Shown piece after piece: positions 56,092 through 63,622 of a stretch of DNA of 63,720 nucleotides (the stretch's first letter is position 1; each line of letters opens with the position of its first letter). The position numbers and the translations under genes are program-made. This DNA is from a virus (lineage: Duplodnaviria; Caudoviricetes), in the IMG/VR virus record IMGVR_UViG_3300050015_000317, positions 1 through 63,720 of that record; one strand, 5' to 3'. The notes under the pieces are model-generated. The model ran no database searches and was not told the origin of the DNA. It saw nothing but the letters and a program-made list of their open reading frames with translations.

Positions 56092-56474
56092 GCGAGACAC
56101 CAAAATCGAAGTGCTGCCAGACAGTATATCCCAAAGAGTGGCACAGTAGTTTCCACGGCTACCGCTGCCATCACAACGCCACTGTGACCCGCAACGGAAA
56201 GCCGTACTGCAAGCAGCACGATCCGGTAGAGGCAAAGATTCGGGACGAGGCGCAGCGAGCGAGGTGGCGGTTCGAGTCAGAGCAATATGCCATCAATATC
56301 GCCAAGGAACAGATCGCTGCCGCCCACTCCCGCCATTGCGTAGCCGTGTACGACGGGCTGGTATCTACTCTCCGGCGTGCCCGCGACACGATCGCGGCGC
56401 ACATGCATGGCCTGCCGAGCAACGTGCTGAACGAGATCGACGCGGAGCTGAAGAAGGTTGAGGAGAGCAAATGA
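56088..56474 (+). CDS. Hypothetical protein
   Basis: ATGA coupling; C...C...YCKQHDP. Confidence 0.65.
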   Translation: MSETPKSKCCQTVYPKEWHSSFHGYRCHHNATVTRNGKPYCKQHDPVEAKIRDEAQRARWRFESEQYAINIAKEQIAAAHSRHCVAVYDGLVSTLRRARDTIAAHMHGLPSNVLNEIDAELKKVEESK

Positions 56475-56659
56475 GCGTTCGATGCTCAGAATGGTGGAGT
56501 GTGCCGTGGAAGGGCCATACTGCGGTACTCTACCACCAGCACTGCCGCCGGAAAACCAACCATCCATCTGGCAAGTGCTGGCAACATCTATCGAGCGAAG
56601 ACCTTCGGAATAAGTATAGAGCCCTTGAAGCTGCCCGCGCGGCCAAGGTGCAGCCATGA
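56471..56659 (+). CDS. Small Cys/His protein
   Basis: ATGA coupling; C...C...CWQH. Confidence 0.6.
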   Translation: MSVRCSEWWSVPWKGHTAVLYHQHCRRKTNHPSGKCWQHLSSEDLRNKYRALEAARAAKVQP

Positions 56660-57168
56660 TTCCCCGCAACGCAACAATTGCAATAATTGCAATCGGAACG
56701 GCGGCAGTCGTCTACTTCGGATGGAGAACCGATCATGTTCAAAGTCAGAGTCCATCGAACCAATCATCGTTGGCCGCTGTACGGCACGTATCGCACGCAG
56801 AGACAGGCGCGGGCCGTCAAGGTGCAACTGGAAGCGACCGGCATTCCGCACGAGGAAATCAAGGTCGAACCGTGCGGTTCACGGTCACGGCGTACTGCAA
56901 CGACTTCGCATCGTGTGGCAAGCGCCCCGGCCAGCGTGGCTACGGAATCACAGCCAGCGGCCAGCGCGCTCGATATGGCCTTGTCGCAGCGGATTGGCGA
57001 GTCTTACCGAGAGGAACGCGCCTCCAGATTCCGGGTTACGGGGCGGCTACCGTAGCCGACAAGGGCGGCGCGATCAAAGGCAACCGACTGGATTTATGGT
57101 TTCCCACCCATCGACAGGCGAAGGCGTGGGGGATTAGGTATCTCAGCGTGACCATAAAGGAGAACTGA
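56656..57168 (+). CDS. 3D-domain (MltA-like) cell-wall protein with N-terminal TM
   Basis: VTAY, GITASG, VAAD.RVLP.GT, DKGGAIKGNRLDLWF. Confidence 0.9.
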   Translation: MIPRNATIAIIAIGTAAVVYFGWRTDHVQSQSPSNQSSLAAVRHVSHAETGAGRQGATGSDRHSARGNQGRTVRFTVTAYCNDFASCGKRPGQRGYGITASGQRARYGLVAADWRVLPRGTRLQIPGYGAATVADKGGAIKGNRLDLWFPTHRQAKAWGIRYLSVTIKEN

Positions 57169-57170
57169 CA

Positions 57171-58019
57171 ATGGCAGACAATGACCTGAACACCGGCGAC
57201 CGGAACACCGGCGGCTGGAACACCGGCAACCGGAACACCGGCGACTGGAACACCGGCGGCTGGAACACCGGCAACCGGAACACCGGCGACTGGAACACCG
57301 GCCACTGGAACACCGGCGGCCTGAACACCGGCGACCGGAACACCGGCGACCGGAATACCGGCCACTGGAACACCGGCGACTGGAACACCGGCAACTGGAA
57401 CACCGGCGGCCGGAACACCGGCGACCGGAACACCGGCGACCGGAACACCGGCCACTGGAACACCGGCAACCTGAACACCGGCCACTGGAACACCGGCCAC
57501 TGGAACACCGGCAACCTGAACACCGGCGACTGGAACACCGGCAACCTGAACACCGGCAACTGGAACACCGGCGGCCGGAACACCGGTTTCTTCTGTACCC
57601 AAACACCGCAGCCCACCTTCTTCGACAAGCCTTGGGACGGTACCTGGGAACAGGCATATGCCCTTATCCCCTACTTTGAGTTACCCGTTGGGGCCATCTG
57701 GACACCCATCGAACAGATGACCGAACAAGAAAAGGCCGAAAACCCTAACCACGCCACGATCGGCGGCTATCTCCGTGCCTCCACGTTGACTATCCAACAG
57801 GCATTCCCTTTAGCCTGGGCCAAGATGAATAAGGCGACCCAGCAGAGATTCCTGGGCCTGCCGAACTTTGATGCGGAGAAGTTCCTGGCCTGCACGGGGG
57901 TCGATGTCCGCAAGCCAGCGACGATCACGATTGATGGGCAGGCGATGGACGTATCTGCCGACCAGCTAGCGCAGATCAGGGGTGTTCTCAACGTGACAAT
58001 TCAAGGGAAAGGAAAATAG
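57171..58019 (+). CDS. Pentapeptide (NTGxW/R) repeat protein
   Basis: ~27 NTGxx repeats, then NTGFFCT and LPNFDAEKF...TGVD. Confidence 0.9.
   Translation: MADNDLNTGDRNTGGWNTGNRNTGDWNTGGWNTGNRNTGDWNTGHWNTGGLNTGDRNTGDRNTGHWNTGDWNTGNWNTGGRNTGDRNTGDRNTGHWNTGNLNTGHWNTGHWNTGNLNTGDWNTGNLNTGNWNTGGRNTGFFCTQTPQPTFFDKPWDGTWEQAYALIPYFELPVGAIWTPIEQMTEQEKAENPNHATIGGYLRASTLTIQQAFPLAWAKMNKATQQRFLGLPNFDAEKFLACTGVDVRKPATITIDGQAMDVSADQLAQIRGVLNVTIQGKGK
57186..57587 (+). repeat. 15-bp tandem repeat, ~27 copies
   Basis: AACACCGGC-(GAC/GGC/AAC/CAC)-(TGG/CGG/CTG). Confidence 0.95.
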
Positions 58020-58020
58020 C

Positions 58021-58446
58021 ATGGAACCGCAGAAGTCTACTGGCGTCATTTCGGGAATTCCGCAGTTCGATAGATGGAGGTTTGACCGAATCGGATCGCC
58101 GAAGAAGGGGGAGGGCTTTATCGGGGGCACAAGGTGTCTGCATGTAGCTGAGTATGACTACCCCGTGCCAGATGGCTACGCCGTCTACGTTCGCATCGCG
58201 CCGGAGTTCGAGGCGGGGGAACTGTACGTCAATGAGGACTGCGGCATTCGCGGTTGGAACGGGGAGTTCTTGCGAGGCCTGGGTGATGGCCGTGTCTGCG
58301 AGATTCTGCCAGGGATAAGGGCTGCTGCTTTGGTCGATGTGGCGAACTGGTGCCGCAGTTACCCCGAAGAATCGGCGTGGGCATTCATCAAACTCTTCCG
58401 CAAACTCTACGGCCCCAAAACCAAATGTCGTTACACCGTTACGTAA
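58021..58446 (+). CDS. Hypothetical protein
   Basis: RBS AAAGGA. Confidence 0.6.
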   Translation: MEPQKSTGVISGIPQFDRWRFDRIGSPKKGEGFIGGTRCLHVAEYDYPVPDGYAVYVRIAPEFEAGELYVNEDCGIRGWNGEFLRGLGDGRVCEILPGIRAAALVDVANWCRSYPEESAWAFIKLFRKLYGPKTKCRYTVT

Positions 58447-58568
58447 CAGGAGCGACATACCCGGCAGCCTCCCCGGCACGAAATCGCATACGAAGGTCTA
58501 GCGAAAGGAGGCCAGCATGAAGTAGCGAGTACCGCCCCGGCCGAGTTCCGAACGACGCCGGGGCACAC

Positions 58569-58690
58569 GCGGCGGCGATAACTTGGTCCAGTCCTGATAC
58601 TGCCCCGTGCAGTGGTTGAATGGATGAGGGCCAAGGGTAGAGAGTGACGCACGGTATAAGCTCGCTGCAGGTGCGAACCTGCCCGCCGCA
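58569..58690 (+). ncRNA. tRNA-like RNA with structured insert (element 3)
   Basis: 7-bp acceptor-like GCGGCGG/CCGCCGC+A, T-arm-like GCAGG-TGCGAA-CCTGC, internal CTTGGTCC/GGGCCAAG stem. Confidence 0.55.
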
Positions 58691-58715
58691 GTGGTCGAAC
58701 GAAAACAAAGGAGTA

Positions 58716-59039
58716 ATGAGCATGTTCACAGAAATCGTCAAGCAGTTAAAGGTCATCACGGATCGGCTCAACAGCGAGCAGTGGATGAAAGGGTATGAGG
58801 CCAGCATTGGCCTCGGTGTTGGTCGTGGCTACAGTACTCCGGCTGTCCACATTTGGCACAACGCCAACCTCGAAGCATCGACATGCCCATCGATTGACAC
58901 AACCTATGAGCAGGTCATTGAGAAGTTGCGAATGCAAGTGCCCAAGACGGCCGTCAAGCGGATCGCCGAACTTCAGGCCCAACGCGACGCCATCGACAAG
59001 CAGTTGGCAGAAGCGAAGACTGAGCAGGTGCAGGCATGA
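58716..59039 (+). CDS. Hypothetical protein with C-terminal coiled coil
   Basis: RBS AAGGAG. Confidence 0.7.
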   Translation: MSMFTEIVKQLKVITDRLNSEQWMKGYEASIGLGVGRGYSTPAVHIWHNANLEASTCPSIDTTYEQVIEKLRMQVPKTAVKRIAELQAQRDAIDKQLAEAKTEQVQA

Positions 59040-59932
59040 CGGCGACGAAAGAGATACTGCCGGGCATCTACCCACACATTCCCGACGCGGACTACCGGGC
59101 GTGGCCCTATCCAAGCTACAGCCTCTTGTCCAACTTCCGGGATGAGGATAAGTGCGAACTGGAGATTGCCTACGCCATTGAACATCCCGACGAGCAGACC
59201 GAAGAAATGTCACTGGGGAATATGGTCGAACAGGCCATCGACAACCCGAACGCCGTGGGCGGCGACACAAAGGTGCTGCCGCCGGAGATCAAGGCACGGC
59301 GCGGCGCAGTGTGGCAGGCGTTCCAAGCGGCCAATCCCGGCATCGAGTGGCTTCCGCCGTCGGAGTACGCCAAGCATGGCGAGCGCGTCCAGGTCGCCCG
59401 CGATATGGCGGCGTCGGTCAAGGAACACAAGATCGCCCGCGTGATGCTCGACGGTGCCGAACGGCAGGTGTCATTTGTCTGCGACCTGGAGTTTGTCGGG
59501 GCAAGCGGCCAGCCCGTCACGCACCGCGTCAAGGGCCGGGTTGACTACTTACAGCGGGACGACGGCTGCATTGTGGACCTCAAGACCTGCGCCTTTGGCA
59601 ACCCCCGCAAGGTGGGCGCTCGCATGTGGCAGTACGCCTACGACGTGCAATCGGCGCTCTACACCGACTGCATGACCAAGTTGCTGGGCCGCGAGATGGA
59701 GTTTTTCTTCGTGTTCGTCCGCAGCGTAAAGCCCTACGTGGTGACGCCCTACAACGGCCACAACACGACCGAGATGGCCGGCCACTTCTTGACGTTGGGC
59801 CGGGCCGCATACCAAGTCTACCTCGAACAACTCGCGGAGTGCCGAATGACTGGCGTATGGCACGGCTACCGCAGCCCCGACTCGCCGGATTCGCCGATCC
59901 TGGACGTGTACCTGCCCGCGTGGGCGGTGTAG
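59036..59932 (+). CDS. RecE-like PD-(D/E)XK exonuclease (DUF3799-like)
   Basis: KGRVD...IVDLKT...YDVQSALY. Confidence 0.88.
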   Translation: MTATKEILPGIYPHIPDADYRAWPYPSYSLLSNFRDEDKCELEIAYAIEHPDEQTEEMSLGNMVEQAIDNPNAVGGDTKVLPPEIKARRGAVWQAFQAANPGIEWLPPSEYAKHGERVQVARDMAASVKEHKIARVMLDGAERQVSFVCDLEFVGASGQPVTHRVKGRVDYLQRDDGCIVDLKTCAFGNPRKVGARMWQYAYDVQSALYTDCMTKLLGREMEFFFVFVRSVKPYVVTPYNGHNTTEMAGHFLTLGRAAYQVYLEQLAECRMTGVWHGYRSPDSPDSPILDVYLPAWAV

Positions 59933-59934
59933 CC

Positions 59935-60156
59935 ATGCGATACCTCTACCTGGTCTGGTACATGGGACATCATGGCGGGCCGTGGCGGCTGCGATTGGTG
60001 ACTGCAAGCAAGCGACACGCGAACAGCCTTGCCGCAGGCATGATCGGTAACGATGGCATAGCCAGCAAGAGCGAAGTGCGGAGAGAACACAACATATGGG
60101 TGAGCAAGGGCAAGACACTTAACTGGGCACCCGCCCCTAACGAAATGCCTTTTTGA
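59935..60156 (+). CDS. Small hypothetical protein
   Basis: ATG after the recE-like stop; fills the gap. Confidence 0.45.
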   Translation: MRYLYLVWYMGHHGGPWRLRLVTASKRHANSLAAGMIGNDGIASKSEVRREHNIWVSKGKTLNWAPAPNEMPF

Positions 60157-60166
60157 GAGGACAACT

Positions 60167-61045
60167 ATGACAAGCGCACTAGCAAAGATCGACGACCACG
60201 GCATTGTCATTAACAACACCAACGACTTGACGACGGCCGTGCGGATGATCGTGGCCAGCAACCTGTGCCCCAAGCAGTACGTCGGCAAGCCCCAGGATGC
60301 GATAATCGCCATCCTGGCGGGCAAGCAGGTGGGGTGGGGGCCGATCCAGAGCCTCCAGTACATCGCGGTCATCAACGGCCGGCCTGGCATGTATGGCGAC
60401 GGGCCTACCGGCCTGGCGTTAGGCAGCGGCAAGGTCGAGTGGATCAAAGAATGGTGGGAGCGCGACGGCGAGACCGTAGTAGAGCCGAACGACGCCAGCC
60501 TCAAGGACTACCCCGACAACCTGACCGCCTGCTGGCAGACGAAGCGCAAGGACAATAGCGAGTCATCCAAGGTGTCCAGGTTCAGCGTTTCGGACGCCAA
60601 GGCTGCGGGCCTGTGGGGCAAGCAGGGGCCGTGGTGCCAGTACACCAAGAGGATGCTGACGTGCCGGGCGCGGGCCTGGGGCCTTCGGGATAACTACTCT
60701 GACGCCCTCCAGGGCATCACGCAGGCCGAGGAATGGGCCGACATGCAGCCCAAGCGGGAACTCAGCCCGGTAGAGACGAAGATGCTGGCCAAGGCCGAGG
60801 CCGAGAGTGCACCCATAGTGCAGGGCGAAGTGGTCGAGTCGCCAACGCCTACAACAGAAGTCCAGCCGACGGCCCCACTACCCGACGTGGACCTGGCGGC
60901 CATGATGGGCGAGAAGGGCGTCAAGTACCTCAAGTCATTCGCAACGGCGTCCGCCGCCATCAAAGAGATCGGCAAGACCCGGACCGTGACGCTGGCGGCC
61001 GAAGCGTACATCAAAGAACTGTTTGAAACCCAAACCGGGGCATAG
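60167..61045 (+). CDS. RecT-like single-strand annealing protein
   Basis: IAVINGRP, DAKAAGLWGKQGPW.QY..RML..RARAWGLRD. Confidence 0.85.
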   Translation: MTSALAKIDDHGIVINNTNDLTTAVRMIVASNLCPKQYVGKPQDAIIAILAGKQVGWGPIQSLQYIAVINGRPGMYGDGPTGLALGSGKVEWIKEWWERDGETVVEPNDASLKDYPDNLTACWQTKRKDNSESSKVSRFSVSDAKAAGLWGKQGPWCQYTKRMLTCRARAWGLRDNYSDALQGITQAEEWADMQPKRELSPVETKMLAKAEAESAPIVQGEVVESPTPTTEVQPTAPLPDVDLAAMMGEKGVKYLKSFATASAAIKEIGKTRTVTLAAEAYIKELFETQTGA

Positions 61046-61061
61046 CCCCAGGAGCATTGAC

Positions 61062-61310
61062 GTGACAGAGACAGAGAAGAAGATCCGCGAGAAGGCCCCG
61101 TTCATGGTCCAGGTGGAAGATACCCCGCCGGGGGAAGCTGGGGAAGTCTACTTCCGTGACTGCGACATCGACACGACGAATTGCCACAGCGTCCTCGATT
61201 GCGTCAAGGCGATCAAGGCCAAGGGACAGGCGGGCGTCTACCGGATCATCCAGGTCAAGCGGACGCTCACTGTGACCACGGAGAAGATCGAGAAGATCAG
61301 CATTGCGTAG
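61062..61310 (+). CDS. Hypothetical protein
   Basis: GTG after AGGAG. Confidence 0.6.
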   Translation: MTETEKKIREKAPFMVQVEDTPPGEAGEVYFRDCDIDTTNCHSVLDCVKAIKAKGQAGVYRIIQVKRTLTVTTEKIEKISIA

Positions 61311-61509
61311 TTTTCCCGGCCATCGAACGGGCCGGAACCGGGAGCGTTGTACTACCGATCCTTGGCTCCTCGCGTGCGCTGGGTGAAGGCGCACAACATT
61401 GACAACTGAATATGTCGCGGATTCAAGGGCCGTGTCTAGGCCCATTGATGACCTGGCCCGTGGCTGACGGGCGCACGTCCAGGCGTGAGCATACCTGGCC
61501 GGCATTGGT

Positions 61510-61625
61510 GCCGTAGTAGCTCAGTTGGTAGAGCCGCGAGACCATTCTTTTGGAGCGCTTGCGATCACAGGCGAGAAACTCCTGCAAGGGTGGCGAGGTC
61601 GCGGGTTCGAGGCCCGCCTACGGCA
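61510..61625 (+). ncRNA. tRNA-like RNA with 66-nt central arm (element 4)
   Basis: Acceptor GCCGTAG/CTACGGC+A, D-arm identical to element 1, T-arm GCGGG-TTCGAGG-CCCGC. Confidence 0.8.
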
Positions 61626-61659
61626 GTTGAACGAGTAACTAACCCCTTTAGGAGCAATC

Positions 61660-61968
61660 ATGGCAAAGCTGGACAATGAGGCATTGGCGCAGGTGTATCG
61701 ACAGGTAGCGGAGATACGCGAAGAGGCATACCGGAATGGCGTGGCCTTGTCGGACGCCTTGAGGACAGAAGCTCAACGCATCTTCCCGCCTCCCAAGCCG
61801 GAGCCGGTGTTCCCAACAGACTGGAACTGCGTGATTGAGCGAGCCACTGGGAATATTCACTACAACGACGCAGTAGATTATCTATCGCACAATCCAGGCC
61901 GTTCACGTCGAGCTAAGCGCACCGTGGCCCCCGACGGCACGATCACCATCAAACCGATTGAGGAATGA
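61660..61968 (+). CDS. Hypothetical protein
   Basis: RBS AGGAG. Confidence 0.7.
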   Translation: MAKLDNEALAQVYRQVAEIREEAYRNGVALSDALRTEAQRIFPPPKPEPVFPTDWNCVIERATGNIHYNDAVDYLSHNPGRSRRAKRTVAPDGTITIKPIEE

Positions 61969-62000
61969 CCATACTTCACCCCCAAGAACAGGAGCGGCAA

Positions 62001-62198
62001 ATGAACAAGACGAAGTATCCGATCTGGTGGACTGATCGACTCGGTTGTGCTGACTGGCGTCGCATATCGAAAGATGAGGCGTTGCAGTTCAAAACGCCTA
62101 CTGGCCATTGGGCCTACTGCTGGACCAGTCCGACGAACCGCCAGATGGATAAAGAACACACCCGCTGCGACTCACGCGGCCGAGCGCTGGGAAGATGA
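62001..62198 (+). CDS. Small Trp-rich protein, paralog family A
   Basis: KYPIWW...RCDSRGRALGR; RBS AGGAG. Confidence 0.65.
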   Translation: MNKTKYPIWWTDRLGCADWRRISKDEALQFKTPTGHWAYCWTSPTNRQMDKEHTRCDSRGRALGR

Positions 62199-62511
62199 GC
62201 GACACTATCGAACTCATGGACTGCGAGCGAGTCCTCCTGGACGCCATCGGCGACCGCAAGGCGACACGGGACACCGTTGCTTCCGCCTACTGGATGTCGC
62301 TGCGGTCGAGTTATGGGCGCACGGTGGACTGGAGCAAGGTCAATCATGCGATCTTGGCCCGGTGGTCGAGGGCGGCCCTGGAATACATCAAGACGAAGGC
62401 ATGGAAGGACTAACAAAATGAGGCTACTCCGCACCATCGGTTTTGTCCTGCGGTTCGCTTGGCGCGACTGCTGTTCGCTGCCTGAGAATCGCGTGGGCCT
62501 GTCGCGATGGC
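62177..62511. repeat. 335-bp direct repeat, second copy at 63386-63720
   Basis: Apparently identical sequence at 1209-bp offset. Confidence 0.92.
62195..62413 (+). CDS. Hypothetical protein (copy 1)
   Basis: Identical to 63404-63622. Confidence 0.75.
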   Translation: MSDTIELMDCERVLLDAIGDRKATRDTVASAYWMSLRSSYGRTVDWSKVNHAILARWSRAALEYIKTKAWKD

Positions 62512-62576
62512 AATGCTGGCGCCGGTATCACTTGAGCATCGGTCAGGCTGCGGCAATTGGCTGGACAATCTCTTAA
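62418..62576 (+). CDS. Small hypothetical protein, paralog of 34-207
   Basis: Same N-terminus, diverged C-terminus. Confidence 0.55.
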   Translation: MRLLRTIGFVLRFAWRDCCSLPENRVGLSRWQCWRRYHLSIGQAAAIGWTIS

Positions 62577-62590
62577 ACAGGACTAATCCA

Positions 62591-62842
62591 ATGAGCAAGT
62601 ACACCTTCAACCCCGCCTGCAAGCCGATCATCCGCGACTGGCTCAATGACGAGACGACGCCGCTTAAGTTTGAGGCGGGGTTATGGATCGCCGAGCTTGA
62701 GGCCGAGTCGGTAGGCAACGAGAAACACTGGGCGCAGATCATGGCTGGCCTGCTGCACGAAGTGGATCCACTGATAGACCCAACCCATGCGGCACATCTT
62801 CCATCGACCAAGGGCGAACAGACTGCGGAGAGCATCCAATGA
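62591..62842 (+). CDS. Hypothetical protein sharing its N-terminus with 209-751
   Basis: KYTFNPACKPIIRDWLNDE; 62609-62706 matches 233-330 with one mismatch. Confidence 0.65.
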   Translation: MSKYTFNPACKPIIRDWLNDETTPLKFEAGLWIAELEAESVGNEKHWAQIMAGLLHEVDPLIDPTHAAHLPSTKGEQTAESIQ

Positions 62843-63210
62843 GCAAGCAAATGAAACCGACGAAGGCAGAGTTGAAGTTGGCGAAAGAATTGTTTGTGGC
62901 GTACGGCAATCACGCGATCTTTTGGAACCTGGCGTGGTCTACCGGGCAAGAACCATACATCGCCCAAGCCCGCTTTATCCTCCGCAACTACACCCCCAAG
63001 CCCAAGGCCAAGAGGAGGCCCACGACGATCTACTGGAAGTCTGCGGAGTACATGTGGCGCAGGCGTGGACGATCGCGACTTGAGATGCGAACGCGCACTA
63101 ACCAGACTTGGCCCGCTGGCAAATGGGCTAGGTGTTCCGTTAATTCCCCCGACGCCGCGATGGACGAGATGTACCAACGGTGTGACTCGAAAGGCAAGGC
63201 GCTCCCATGA
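62839..63210 (+). CDS. Paralog family A member with N-terminal extension
   Basis: PTTIYWK...RCDSKGKALP. Confidence 0.65.
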   Translation: MSKQMKPTKAELKLAKELFVAYGNHAIFWNLAWSTGQEPYIAQARFILRNYTPKPKAKRRPTTIYWKSAEYMWRRRGRSRLEMRTRTNQTWPAGKWARCSVNSPDAAMDEMYQRCDSKGKALP

Positions 63211-63407
63211 AACACGAGACCTATCCGATCTATTGGAAGCGCACCACGCGCAGTCGCAAGCCCGCATTCGCGCGTTGGAAATGGCGCGGGCGCATGAACT
63301 ACCGGAGCGGCGATTTCTGGTTCGTGTGTCCCGACAACGCAAGCACGATGTGGATGGACGAGTCTTATGTCCGCTGCACCTCCACCGGCCGAGCGCTGGG
63401 AAGATGA
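63207..63407 (+). CDS. Paralog family A member
   Basis: YPIYWK...RCTSTGRALGR. Confidence 0.65.
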   Translation: MKHETYPIYWKRTTRSRKPAFARWKWRGRMNYRSGDFWFVCPDNASTMWMDESYVRCTSTGRALGR

Positions 63408-63622
63408 GCGACACTATCGAACTCATGGACTGCGAGCGAGTCCTCCTGGACGCCATCGGCGACCGCAAGGCGACACGGGACACCGTTGCTTCCGCCTACT
63501 GGATGTCGCTGCGGTCGAGTTATGGGCGCACGGTGGACTGGAGCAAGGTCAATCATGCGATCTTGGCCCGGTGGTCGAGGGCGGCCCTGGAATACATCAA
63601 GACGAAGGCATGGAAGGACTAA
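63404..63622 (+). CDS. Hypothetical protein (copy 2)
   Basis: Identical to 62195-62413. Confidence 0.75.
   Translation: MSDTIELMDCERVLLDAIGDRKATRDTVASAYWMSLRSSYGRTVDWSKVNHAILARWSRAALEYIKTKAWKD

Noticed and set aside
57186-57587. Possible CRISPR array or DGR template (AAC-rich repeats)
   Set aside because: It is a 15-bp in-frame coding tandem repeat with no spacers, no cas or RT gene, and the invariant AAC is not mutated
57036-57657. Minus-strand repeat ORFs (VPVAG, RCSGR, PVFQ repeats)
   Set aside because: Shadow frames of the NTG repeat gene
61535-61600. Archaeal-type bulge-helix-bulge tRNA intron
   Set aside because: A BHB-like pairing can be drawn, but the spliced loop would lack U33 and extra bases remain before the stem; the promoters are bacterial sigma70-type
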